64,000 bases of DNA from Vampirovibrionaceae bacterium NZW_1234. Lineage in GTDB: Bacteria; Cyanobacteriota; Vampirovibrionia; Vampirovibrionales; JAGQHJ01. Made by a program: the position numbers and the translations under genes. The stretch spans positions 1-64,000 of the forward strand of contig JBGUGD010000015.1 of the NCBI GenBank assembly GCA_041697335.1. The letters run 5' to 3'. The notes beneath the pieces are model-generated. The model saw only the letters and a list, made by a program, of their open reading frames with translations, did not search any database and was not told where the DNA came from. Each line of letters begins with the position of its first letter. Positions within the stretch are counted from its first letter, which is position 1. Positions 38,197 to 47,764 of this stretch are shown here, piece after piece.

Positions 38197-39284
38197 GCCT
38201 GCCGGCGCTGCCTCATTCCTATCCCATTGAAATCGGAGCCGGTCTGTTGGCACAGCTGGGTACGTTTGTTCGCAAACAGCTACCCCAAGCGACCCGAGCC
38301 TTTGTGATTACGGATTCCGCCGTGGGTCCTTTGTATTTGCCTGAAGCCGTCAAGCAGTTGGAGGCCGGTGGCTTCGTTGTTTCTTCGGAAACCATCCCTC
38401 CGGGAGAGTCCTCCAAATCCCTTGAGATGCTCAGTCACCTGTATCGTCGAGCAATTGAACTTGGATTGAAGCGAAACGATGCCGTTATTGCCTTAGGTGG
38501 CGGTATTGTGGGCGATTTGACCGGGTATTTTTCCGCCACCTATCAGCGCGGAGTTGCCTTTATTCAAGTCCCTACAACCCTTTTAGCCCAGGTTGACTCC
38601 TCCATTGGCGGCAAAGTGGCCATTAACTGGGATCGCCTTAAAAACTTTGTCGGGTGTTTCTACCACCCACACGGGGTTTTGATTGACACTCAAACGCTTT
38701 CAACCCTGCCTGCAAGAGAATTTTGCTGTGGCATGGCCGAAGTCATCAAGTATAGCCTGCTGGAAAGAAGTGTCCCTGGGTATCCCCCTCCTGATTCGTT
38801 TTTTTCCTTCCTAAAGGCTCATAATCCAACGACGCTCAAGACCGTGCTTCCCAGTGTTATTCTGAGATGCTGCACCATTAAAGCGGCCGTCGTCGCTGCG
38901 GATCCGGAAGAACGGCATGGGATTCGGGAACTTCTGAACCTGGGTCATACATTTGCCCATGCCTATGAGACCCTCTCTGATGGGGCTATACCGCATGGCG
39001 AAGCGGTTGGCATGGGGATTTACAAAGCCTTTCAGGTCGCTGCTCTCTTCCAGTCGGTTTCAAACGAGGATGTGTTGGCCATCAAGTCATTGCTAGAAGC
39101 CTATCACCTCCCGCTTGAGCCTTTTGAGCCCTACCCGGCCGAGGCCGTTTTAGATGTGATGCGGCGGGATAAAAAGGCCAATGATGATGCCAGCCTGCGT
39201 TTAGTTTTGCCCACCGGCAGTATTGGGCACGCAACCGTGCAAACAAGAATAAAACCGGCTGAAATTCTGCCGGTTTTAGAATAA
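38175..39284 (+). CDS. aroB: 3-dehydroquinate synthase
   Basis: GGG.VGD, PTTLLAQVDSSIGGK, LNLGHT..H and HGEAV motifs. Confidence 0.96.
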   Translation: MVERTTVSLPALPHSYPIEIGAGLLAQLGTFVRKQLPQATRAFVITDSAVGPLYLPEAVKQLEAGGFVVSSETIPPGESSKSLEMLSHLYRRAIELGLKRNDAVIALGGGIVGDLTGYFSATYQRGVAFIQVPTTLLAQVDSSIGGKVAINWDRLKNFVGCFYHPHGVLIDTQTLSTLPAREFCCGMAEVIKYSLLERSVPGYPPPDSFFSFLKAHNPTTLKTVLPSVILRCCTIKAAVVAADPEERHGIRELLNLGHTFAHAYETLSDGAIPHGEAVGMGIYKAFQVAALFQSVSNEDVLAIKSLLEAYHLPLEPFEPYPAEAVLDVMRRDKKANDDASLRLVLPTGSIGHATVQTRIKPAEILPVLE

Positions 39285-39449
39285 CTGTTTAAAGTCCCAC
39301 TTAATTTGCCAGTTATAAACAGTAGTGTTTTTTCTTACACATAGCTTACATCTGCATGCGGCATTTTTGAAAGGGTTTATGAATAAATTTGAAGTGCTTT
39401 TTTCGTGAAAACTGATATCGTTCTTCTAGCAACTCTTTGAGACACCCAA

Positions 39450-40400
39450 TTAACCCAAATGCTTGTCGATGGGTTTCTCTCCCCCAAGAGGAAAAGGATC
39501 GATCAAATATAAGCGCCACCAAGGTGTCTTTTGAGATTCCGGCAGCTTTTCCTTTTTGGGTGATGGCAAGGAGCATGGGCTTCCAGACTTGAAGTTCGTT
39601 GCATTTTTAGGCTTGAACGTTTTATTCGGATTGCTCTGCAAGCTATCGGTCCCATTGGGGGTCTTCACTTGATGGAGTGCAAAAGTTTCACATTGATTCA
39701 GTGTGTCCAAAGCAACCCGACTCTGACCAATATAAACCTGATCCCCGGTCGCCACTTCAATCACCTTGTATTGGCGCCTGATCGCCTCGGACGAACGAAC
39801 CGCCACCGCACCACACACCCCGCCTCTGCGGTTGGGCTTGGGACTGCCAGCGCTGATGTACCAGGTATCGTTATCGGCGCGATAGTAAACATGAGAGACC
39901 GCTCCGAGCGTCTTAGATTGCCCCCAAAATACACTGGTCGGGATATGGGCTCCTTGCAGCAGGGCATAGATTCGGCTGCCGATGGCCTGACTCATGGGAT
40001 AGATTTCCTTCCCGCCGAGTAGCAGTGCGCGAATGGGTTGGCCCTCTCGCTGCAGCAAATCCAGCTCGGCTCGGACAGCATGCTCAATATCTTGAAGCCG
40101 GTAAGGAAAGGTGTTGCCTTGCTTGGGAGCCAGGTGAAATAACGAGACCCGGCGGCCATTTTGAAGCCCCAGGACATTACAGTCCAGGATATTCTCCGAG
40201 AGGACACGCTCTTTCAGGCTGGCCCGCTGTTCAATTGTCCACGGGGCGGACACAACCTCATCCTGCCGGATGGGCTGGGCCAACAGCTGCTTCTTGGGGA
40301 CAAAGCGAATGTCCGAGGAAAAGCGGGGAATGCGCATTTGGGGCGGTTCAACTCGATAGACAGTCTGGTATCTTCGACCTAACTCAACCTTAAACGTCAC
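39450..40400 (-). CDS. Orphan protein, candidate CNF1/CheD-fold Cys-His deamidase
   Basis: ILDC-x14-H (LFHLAP) followed by IRALLLGG...IG.R. Confidence 0.5.
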   Translation of the reverse strand: MTFKVELGRRYQTVYRVEPPQMRIPRFSSDIRFVPKKQLLAQPIRQDEVVSAPWTIEQRASLKERVLSENILDCNVLGLQNGRRVSLFHLAPKQGNTFPYRLQDIEHAVRAELDLLQREGQPIRALLLGGKEIYPMSQAIGSRIYALLQGAHIPTSVFWGQSKTLGAVSHVYYRADNDTWYISAGSPKPNRRGGVCGAVAVRSSEAIRRQYKVIEVATGDQVYIGQSRVALDTLNQCETFALHQVKTPNGTDSLQSNPNKTFKPKNATNFKSGSPCSLPSPKKEKLPESQKTPWWRLYLIDPFPLGGEKPIDKHLG

Positions 40401-40505
40401 TCAAGTTCCAGAATTGCCAGGTCGATCCAGAGCGTGTCCCATTTTAGCGATAAGCACCGAAAAAGCATAGCCCCCTAAAGGCCGAAGCATTGGAGTGCGC
40501 TGAGC

Positions 40506-40976
40506 TTAAAAACTTAATACTGGAGGTATTTGGATATTTGTCCCGAACGCAGCTTTGAGTTTAGGCAGATCCAAGGTCCGGTGTTGGCTTGCCAAAGACT
40601 CTAAGGCAGGCCAATTGATTTTTTGGGGATTCCCCGGATCTCTGAAGAGAAATTCGCCGGTTTGCACCTGCTTTGCATCTTGATTCTGATGAATCAATCG
40701 TCCCCAGTGGATGATATCCACTTCACCCAAGGCAAGGGCACCTATGCCGTCGAATCGTTCTAAAGTAGCCTCCAAGCCCTTGAACTCATCGTCCTTGATG
40801 TTCGATATCTCCATTTCACCACGGATATGGGCCTTCAGCGATTTCAACATCACCGCACTGTCATGAATTTCAAAGGCTTTGGCCGGAGCTGATGAAAACC
40901 TTGTCGTAACAGTGTTTGTTCTTGTTGCCGCCGGTTTTAACGACCGGGGCATTGCCATTGGGGCCGAAATTCTCAT
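40506..40976 (-). CDS. Hypothetical protein with a disordered leader
   Basis: ATG at 40976 after AAGGAG; 156 aa. Confidence 0.65.
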   Translation of the reverse strand: MRISAPMAMPRSLKPAATRTNTVTTRFSSAPAKAFEIHDSAVMLKSLKAHIRGEMEISNIKDDEFKGLEATLERFDGIGALALGEVDIIHWGRLIHQNQDAKQVQTGEFLFRDPGNPQKINWPALESLASQHRTLDLPKLKAAFGTNIQIPPVLSF

Positions 40977-41164
40977 AAGGGCTCTCTCCTTCAACCTGAT
41001 CCCATTTGTTTTATCCAATATTCAAAACCGGGGACATCCTACCTGAAAAACAGATTCAGGAAAAGTTGCAGGACAAACCATGAGCTCAACGGGTATGAAT
41101 CGCCAAAGTGGCCTTTCCGTGGCACACTAATCACCAGTGATACGTAGCCAAGCCTTTGATACCC

Positions 41165-41812
41165 ATGTCATCCAAGTCCAATAAGCAAGCCATTCGTCTC
41201 TTTCTAGGTACACCCGTCTCCATGGCATTGCGAGAGGCCATGACTTCAATCTATCAGAAACGGCAGGAAATTGAGGCTGCCTGGGACTGGAAAGTTTCCT
41301 GGGCCGGCCCGGATACGTGGCATATGACCTGGATGTTTATGGGCGATGTTCCACAAAGCGATGTTCCGAAACTTCAAGACAAGCTGACAAAAGCCGTTAC
41401 CCAGATTCCACACTTTGATCTGCAGTTTGACACATTGGCCTTTTGGCCGAATGCTCGACACCCCCGCTATCTGGTGTGGCTGGGAGACCCTGAGCAAACG
41501 ACTCTAAAAGAACTCGTTAAATGCTTACAGACTACCTTTCCGAAATATGCCGAGCGACGCCGTTTTAAACCCCATATCACCCTGGCTCGATTTCGCCAAG
41601 CACGGGTGGACTCTCCGAAACCGGTGACTCTTCCCCAGCTTGTGAATATCCCAACCACGCGCTGGTCTATTGAGCAGGTGCACCTTTACCAGAGCATCCT
41701 CTCCCCTCAGGGAGCCCAGCACAAAAGCCTGTTTTACAGCTCATTGGCCTCGCTTGAAAAGCCATCCGGTCCCAAGTATGATGAGACGGAGTCTGGATTT
41801 TCATTCTCGTGA
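41165..41812 (+). CDS. thpR: RNA 2',3'-cyclic phosphodiesterase (2H family)
   Basis: RLFLG start; two HxT motifs (HMT, PHITLAR); LYQS.L.P.G. Confidence 0.9.
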   Translation: MSSKSNKQAIRLFLGTPVSMALREAMTSIYQKRQEIEAAWDWKVSWAGPDTWHMTWMFMGDVPQSDVPKLQDKLTKAVTQIPHFDLQFDTLAFWPNARHPRYLVWLGDPEQTTLKELVKCLQTTFPKYAERRRFKPHITLARFRQARVDSPKPVTLPQLVNIPTTRWSIEQVHLYQSILSPQGAQHKSLFYSSLASLEKPSGPKYDETESGFSFS

Positions 41813-41872
41813 ATGCCTAGGCCCCCGGGACCAGGGCAAAACATCCCCCATAATTTAGGAGACCTAACCACT

Positions 41873-42694
41873 ATGAGTCAAGTAATTGATGAGGCTCGTC
41901 CCCAAGTGACTGTTGTACCCAACTTACTGCAAGGAAAAACCGGCTTGGTGCTGGGTGTGGCCAATAAGTGGAGTATTGCCTGGGCTGTCGCACAAGCGTT
42001 ATCTGCTGCCGGTATGCGCCTCGCCTTTACCTACCAGGGAGAACGTCTCCAAAAGAACGTCCTCAGCCTGACTGAAGGCATGGACGACGCGGTTCAATAC
42101 CCATGCGATGTCACCGATGAACAGCAAATCAAAGACTTGTTCGAAAATTTATCCCAGGAATTCCCGGATGGCTTGGATTGTGTGATTCATAGCGTTGCAT
42201 TCGCCAAAAAAGAAGAGCTGGCCGGTGAATTTCTCAACACCTCTCGTGAGGGATACCTGCTTGCCCAGGAAATCAGCTCTTACTCGCTGACAGCCATTGC
42301 TCGTGAAGCCCTGCCCCTGATGGAAAAGCGTGGTGGCGGCAGCATCGTCACCCTGACCTATTTCGGTGGCGAAAAGGTGGTCCCCAATTATAACGTCATG
42401 GGTGTCGCCAAGGCTGCGCTGGATATGAGCGTCCGCTACCTGGCAGAAGATCTCGGCCCCCGCAACATCCGGGTTAACGCCATCTCGGCCGGCCCCATCA
42501 AGACCTTGGCAGCCAGCGGTGTTTCCGGCCTGTCCAAAATCACGGAAGTGATGAAGGAAAAAGCTCCTCTGCGGCGCAATATCGATGCCACCGAAGTAGC
42601 CGATACCGCCCTGTTTTTGGCCAGCAACCTGTCCCGTGGCATTACCGGCGAAGTCATCCACGTGGATGCCGGCTATCACATCAAGGGTTTCTAG
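41873..42694 (+). CDS. fabI: Enoyl-ACP reductase
   Basis: GVAN..SIAW, YNVMGVAK and ISAGPIKTLA motifs. Confidence 0.97.
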   Translation: MSQVIDEARPQVTVVPNLLQGKTGLVLGVANKWSIAWAVAQALSAAGMRLAFTYQGERLQKNVLSLTEGMDDAVQYPCDVTDEQQIKDLFENLSQEFPDGLDCVIHSVAFAKKEELAGEFLNTSREGYLLAQEISSYSLTAIAREALPLMEKRGGGSIVTLTYFGGEKVVPNYNVMGVAKAALDMSVRYLAEDLGPRNIRVNAISAGPIKTLAASGVSGLSKITEVMKEKAPLRRNIDATEVADTALFLASNLSRGITGEVIHVDAGYHIKGF

Positions 42695-42709
42695 AGCCTT
42701 ATCCTGAAT

Positions 42710-43957
42710 TTACGGGCTTTTCAAGCTCTCTGCTATGGCGCCACCGGCAATCCAGCCGGTGGCCCAAGCGTTTTGGAAGTTAAAACCGCCGGTCAGGGCA
42801 TCCACATCAATAATCTCCCCCGCCAAATACAACCCCGGACAGATCCGGCTGGCCATGGTTTTCATATCAATTTCCGATAAGGGCACCCCGCCTGCCGTTA
42901 CAAACTCCTCTTTAAACTCGCCTTTGCCCTGAATCTGAAAACCACAGCGTTTCAGGGTTTCACTCAGGCGGTTCAAGCTTTTCTGCGGAACGGCCCCCCA
43001 GACCAACTCAGGGGCAATGTCCAGACTTTCCAACAATCGCTCCCAAAAGCGCTTTGGCAGTTCTACCGGACAGAAATTGACCATTTGCTTCTTGGCAGCG
43101 CTGGCTTTGGTTTCTAAAAGTGTTTTTTGCAAGCTCGCCTGATCCGTATCCGGGCAAAAATCAATCCAAAGCTGGGCTCTATAGTTGAGATCATACAGCC
43201 CACGAGCGCCCCAAGCCGACAAGCGAAGAATGACAGGCCCGCTGAGCCCCCAATGGGTAATCAGCAATGGGCCTTCCTGCACAATGGGTTTGCTTCCGGG
43301 CACATCCAAAGTTCCCTTTACATGTGGAAAGCTGATCCCAGCCAAGCCTGACAGACGCGGGTCTTTAATAGTGAATGTAAACAACGAGGGCACCGGTGGT
43401 ATGATTTTATGTCCCAGGGCAGTTACCACCGAATATCCTGCCTGGCTACTGCCTGAGGCCATTAAAACCGCTTGAGCATTGTACTGGTGCTCCGGTGTCT
43501 GAACCACAAAATGATCTGCGTGACGCCTTAGGGTTTTCACCCGAGCTTTGGTAATGATGGACACATGATGTCGACGAGCGTCCTCCAGCAAGCAATCGAT
43601 AATAGTTTGCGAGTCATCGGTCACAGGAAACATCCGGCCATCGGGCTCGGTTTTCAACCGCACCCCACGAGATTCAAACCATGCCACCGTATCTTTTGGA
43701 CCAAAACGGGAAAAGACGCCTTTGAGTTCTTTTTGCCCCCTGGGGTAATACTGAACCAGACGTGAGACATCCATACAGCTGGTTGTGACATTACACCGTC
43801 CACCACCTGAGATTTTGACCTTGCCCAAGGGTTTTGAAGCGGCTTCCAGAAGCGTTACCGACAGTAACGGGTTTACCTCTTTGGCGCGAAGGGCCGCAAA
43901 AACCCCGGCAGCCCCGCCACCGACTATAACGACACTGGGTCTAGGCATCTGGCCCAT
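42710..43957 (-). CDS. HI0933/YhiN (BaiN-like) flavoprotein oxidoreductase
   Basis: GGGAAG, KVKISGGGRCNVT, THWGLSGP and TGGFNFQ.AW motifs. Confidence 0.93.
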   Translation of the reverse strand: MGQMPRPSVVIVGGGAAGVFAALRAKEVNPLLSVTLLEAASKPLGKVKISGGGRCNVTTSCMDVSRLVQYYPRGQKELKGVFSRFGPKDTVAWFESRGVRLKTEPDGRMFPVTDDSQTIIDCLLEDARRHHVSIITKARVKTLRRHADHFVVQTPEHQYNAQAVLMASGSSQAGYSVVTALGHKIIPPVPSLFTFTIKDPRLSGLAGISFPHVKGTLDVPGSKPIVQEGPLLITHWGLSGPVILRLSAWGARGLYDLNYRAQLWIDFCPDTDQASLQKTLLETKASAAKKQMVNFCPVELPKRFWERLLESLDIAPELVWGAVPQKSLNRLSETLKRCGFQIQGKGEFKEEFVTAGGVPLSEIDMKTMASRICPGLYLAGEIIDVDALTGGFNFQNAWATGWIAGGAIAESLKSP

Positions 43958-44181
43958 CAACGCTCCTTTGAGCCTCCGTTATGACATCACCATACCACGA
44001 AGGGAGAATCTCGATTGGCTGCCTTGTTACCTAATGTGTGACAAATCGTTGCAAGACCATCAAAAAAATTCCAGTTTCAGGCGCACTTGACCGAAAGTGT
44101 ATCCAGTACGCTCATTGACAAGGCCGTAACCCTTCACTATAGTGGACAAGGTTCAGGCATTTGCTAGGAGGGGAATCTGGT

Positions 44182-45537
44182 ATGCCGCTTGAAAAACGGA
44201 TTGTCCGTGGAAAAATTTTCAACCCACTCAGCCGCACTGAGTGGGACTACATCCCAAATGGGGCGCTGATTGTTAATGAGAACGGCCGGATTGAATCCAT
44301 CGGTGAGTATAATGCCTTGCGCAAAGCCGAGGGCATTCGGGAAACCCTGGATTATTCCAACTACCTTATTCTGCCTGGCATGATTGATACCCATATCCAT
44401 TTGCCACAACTGCCAATTCGAGGCAAAAATGCCAATAGCCTTCTGGAATGGTTGGAAAAATATGCCTTTCCTGTGGAAGAAGCCTTTGCCGACTTGCCCT
44501 ATGCCAGCCGACTGGCCGAGTTTTTCTTTGAAAGCCTGAAAGCCAACGGAACCACGACGGCACTTGCTTACTCCTCCATGCATGAGGGCTCTACGCATGT
44601 GGCCTTTGAGGCAGCCCAGCAATCCGGCATGCGGGTCATCATGGGCAAGGTTATGATGGATCAGAACAGCCCCAAAGCCTTGACTGAAACCGCCGCCGAG
44701 TCCATTGCCGCCAGCGAGCGCCTGGCCAAAACCTGGCACCGCCAGAACAACGATTTGTTGCGCTACGCCTTTACGCCCCGGTTTGCCCTCAGCTGTTCTC
44801 AGGAGCTGTTGGAAGCAGCCGGTGATTTGTGCCAGCGTTTTCCTGAAAGTTACATTCAATCCCACTTGTCGGAAAATATGGATGAAATTGAAGCCGTTGA
44901 GCGCATGCATGGCTACAGGCTCACCTACGCTCAAGTTTACGAAGAAGCTGGATGTTTGGGTCCTCGGACCATTATGGCTCATGGCATCCATTTGACCCCG
45001 GAAGAAATGGCGATTCTCTTACGAACCGAGACTCGCATCGCCCATTGCCCAACCTCCAACTTTTTCCTCAAAAGCGGCTTCTTCAACCTGCCTGCTATTC
45101 GACGTTATTGTGTCCCGTTTGGCCTGGGAACCGATGTGGGGGGTGGCCCCGATCTCTGCCTTTTCAGAGTTATGCGCGCCATGGACGAGATGCAACTGAA
45201 ACATCAACTTTTTGTACCCGCCACTGAGGCCCTCTACTATGGCACCTTGGCCGGAGCCGAGGTCTTGTCTCTGGCTCATGAAACCGGTAATTTACTTCCC
45301 GGCAAGTCGGCAGACTTTATTGTCATTAATACCGACGCGCTGAATCCTTTCACCAGTGAGGCTCAAAGCATTGAGGATATCTTGTCCCAACTGGTTTACC
45401 TGGGAGGTGCCGAGCACATTTTGCGCACCTTTATTCGAGGTGAAGAAGTCTATCGGCAGCCTGAAACCAACTTGAGTCGGGCACTTACAAGATACCGCTC
45501 CACGTTAGCAAGCGAGCCGTTATTCCACCAGCCGTAA
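44182..45537 (+). CDS. guaD: Guanine deaminase
   Basis: DTHIHLPQ, LLEWL..Y.FP.E, TPRFA, HLSEN, HCPTSN and GTDVGGG motifs. Confidence 0.93.
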   Translation: MPLEKRIVRGKIFNPLSRTEWDYIPNGALIVNENGRIESIGEYNALRKAEGIRETLDYSNYLILPGMIDTHIHLPQLPIRGKNANSLLEWLEKYAFPVEEAFADLPYASRLAEFFFESLKANGTTTALAYSSMHEGSTHVAFEAAQQSGMRVIMGKVMMDQNSPKALTETAAESIAASERLAKTWHRQNNDLLRYAFTPRFALSCSQELLEAAGDLCQRFPESYIQSHLSENMDEIEAVERMHGYRLTYAQVYEEAGCLGPRTIMAHGIHLTPEEMAILLRTETRIAHCPTSNFFLKSGFFNLPAIRRYCVPFGLGTDVGGGPDLCLFRVMRAMDEMQLKHQLFVPATEALYYGTLAGAEVLSLAHETGNLLPGKSADFIVINTDALNPFTSEAQSIEDILSQLVYLGGAEHILRTFIRGEEVYRQPETNLSRALTRYRSTLASEPLFHQP

Positions 45538-47341
45538 AGGCCATTAGCCACGAGCCAGCCAGTACCAGTGCTGATTCCAACCAGCCACGCTCCTTGCAAA
45601 TCACGGTAAACGAGGCAATACAAGGCACAAACAAAGTAATCGTCACCAATGCCGCTAATATCTGGGCAGACGTCATTTGATCTGAAAGATAGTACAGGCC
45701 GGCAGCACCAAAATCTCGGCGAACCATCCCCATAATAAACATTTGAGCTGCTTCTGCGGGCAACTGGAGCCACTTAACCGTCAAAGGTGTCAAGAGCTTC
45801 TGAATGGCGACCAGGGCGCCAGTCACTTGAGCCACACTCACCAGCAGCGAGCCCAGAACGAATAAAGGTGCCGCTTCCTTCAAGAAAACCATCGTGCGAA
45901 CCCAGGTTTTCCGGAGAATATTTTTCGGCTGTGGCAAGCGCATCGGGGGCAAATCGAGAATCAGGCTGGTAGACTTCCCAGGCAATATCTTATTCAAGGC
46001 TGTACCCAAGATTCCCAAAATCAGGGTAAGCAAGCCCAGGTAAATAATCCATGCCTTAAAACCACCCGCCATAGCCATTAGGGCAATCAAAACCGCGATT
46101 TGAGCCGAGCAGGGAATGGTAATGGCCAGAATAGTTGAGGCAATGGTCCGCTCCCGTTGAGAAGACAGCACACGGGTGGATACTGTTGCCATCGTGACAC
46201 AGCCAAAACCTAGAATAATGGGGATGACAGCCCGACCATTCAAACCGATTTTACTCAACAAACCATCGCACAATACAGCAATGCGAGGCAGATAGCCGCA
46301 ATCTTCCAAAATGGAAATATAGATGTAAAACCCCAAAATCAGCGGAAAAAGAACACCAAAAATGTACTGCAGGCTCATGGTCAGCACACCAAACTCACCT
46401 GCCAAAATCGTATACAGCGCCGTACCTTGAGGCACAACAGCAGAAACCGCTTTCTGAATCACGGGAACCACATATCCTAACATCAGGGTCTCTTCAGTAA
46501 ACCCGACGAGATCTCCTGAGATCCAGACTCCCACGACCTGATACAGGGTCAACAAAGCAACAACCCCGCTCAAAAGACCGACAACGGGGTTTAAGAACCA
46601 GTTTCCAAAACGCTTAGACCAGGATAGAGGCGTAACCCCGGTTTTCCGAGTAATAACCTGCTGTACAAGGGCGTTAACATGTTTGCGACGTAACCCATAT
46701 AAATGCAGGCGTTGAGCAGGATTTCCCTCCAGGGCGGTTAGAGCCTCGATATCCGGACAGTCGGGAACGGTATTTCCAATACAAGCACGTGCCAACATAG
46801 GCAAAATCTGATCCAGGCCCTCACCCGTAACCGCCACTGTGGCAATAACCGGCACCCCTAAAAGAGTCTCCAGTTTGGAAATATCGATTTCAAGGCCCTG
46901 AGCTCGAGCTTCGTCCATTTGGTTTAAAACCACCATCATGGGTTTTCGATAATCCAAAATGTGCTGGGTTAAAAATAAATCCCGCTCTAAACTGAGAGCG
47001 CTCACAACATTGATGACCTTATCCGCAGCCAGAATAGCCTTTTCTGCCACCAACTCTTCTTCGTTGTACTTAGAAAGACCATAGACACCGGGTGTATCCT
47101 TTAAAACCCGGCTATCCGGCAAAAAGCCCTTGGGAATATCAACTGTTGTTCCAGGAAAGTTAGACACATTGGTGTACAACCCCGTCAGGGAATTGAAAAC
47201 AACCGATTTTCCAACATTGGGATTACCTGCCAACACAATGGTTTCTGTCTCTGCCACATCAACAACGGCAGTATTTTCCCTACAGGACGAACCTGGGCAG
47301 CGGTGAGAATCCTGCAGGAAGGGAGCATTTGATGTGCTCAT
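45485..47341 (-). CDS. feoB: Ferrous iron transporter B
   Basis: GNPNVGKS, NFPGTTV, DTPG, GFGC and PCSAQ motifs. Confidence 0.96.
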   Translation of the reverse strand: MSTSNAPFLQDSHRCPGSSCRENTAVVDVAETETIVLAGNPNVGKSVVFNSLTGLYTNVSNFPGTTVDIPKGFLPDSRVLKDTPGVYGLSKYNEEELVAEKAILAADKVINVVSALSLERDLFLTQHILDYRKPMMVVLNQMDEARAQGLEIDISKLETLLGVPVIATVAVTGEGLDQILPMLARACIGNTVPDCPDIEALTALEGNPAQRLHLYGLRRKHVNALVQQVITRKTGVTPLSWSKRFGNWFLNPVVGLLSGVVALLTLYQVVGVWISGDLVGFTEETLMLGYVVPVIQKAVSAVVPQGTALYTILAGEFGVLTMSLQYIFGVLFPLILGFYIYISILEDCGYLPRIAVLCDGLLSKIGLNGRAVIPIILGFGCVTMATVSTRVLSSQRERTIASTILAITIPCSAQIAVLIALMAMAGGFKAWIIYLGLLTLILGILGTALNKILPGKSTSLILDLPPMRLPQPKNILRKTWVRTMVFLKEAAPLFVLGSLLVSVAQVTGALVAIQKLLTPLTVKWLQLPAEAAQMFIMGMVRRDFGAAGLYYLSDQMTSAQILAALVTITLFVPCIASFTVICKERGWLESALVLAGSWLMAFTAGGITARLLTWSGIL

Positions 47342-47565
47342 GACAGTTGCACCTCAATTTGTTGACAAAGATGTTGTCCGATGGCGAGCTCCATACCACC
47401 ATGCTGAAGAACAGTCGGGCCGGCGGGAACTTTAGCAATGCATGTAATATATTGGCCTTCGGCGATCCCCATGCGCATGGCTTGTGTGGCCACATCAATG
47501 TCGGGGATGTTCAAAATGACAGCACTCTGGCCCGTTTGCATGTCTTGAAGGGTAATTTTGGTCAT
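47338..47565 (-). CDS. feoA: Ferrous iron transport protein A
   Basis: SH3-like pattern (RMGI.EG...P..GP...LAIG); translationally coupled to feoB. Confidence 0.92.
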   Translation of the reverse strand: MTKITLQDMQTGQSAVILNIPDIDVATQAMRMGIAEGQYITCIAKVPAGPTVLQHGGMELAIGQHLCQQIEVQLS

Positions 47566-47604
47566 TCGATCATCGGGCAGCGGGGGCCCCGGTTATCTGT
47601 GGTC

Positions 47605-47633
47605 ATACTAGCGTAAATGAGAATCACTTGCAA
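47605..47633 (-). promoter_or_regulatory. feoAB promoter with an overlapping Fur-like box
   Basis: TTGCAA-N17-TAGTAT (minus); TGAGAAT-C-ACTTGCA at 47618-47632 matches 10/14 of TGATAAT-N-ATTATCA. Confidence 0.6.
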
Positions 47634-47671
47634 AATGCTTTCAAAAAAAGAGCCGTAATAAAAAATAGGAA

Positions 47672-47697
47672 CACCATCAACATAGTTGCTGATGGTG
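47672..47697 (-). terminator. Intrinsic terminator of the Gly/Met-rich gene
   Basis: CACCATCA...TGATGGTG stem followed by a T-tract on the minus strand. Confidence 0.6.
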
Positions 47698-47764
47698 CTG
47701 ACAAACACACAGATTACCCTACCCGGTTACCCTGGTATTTCTACCCGGGTTCCCTTGGCAGTCA

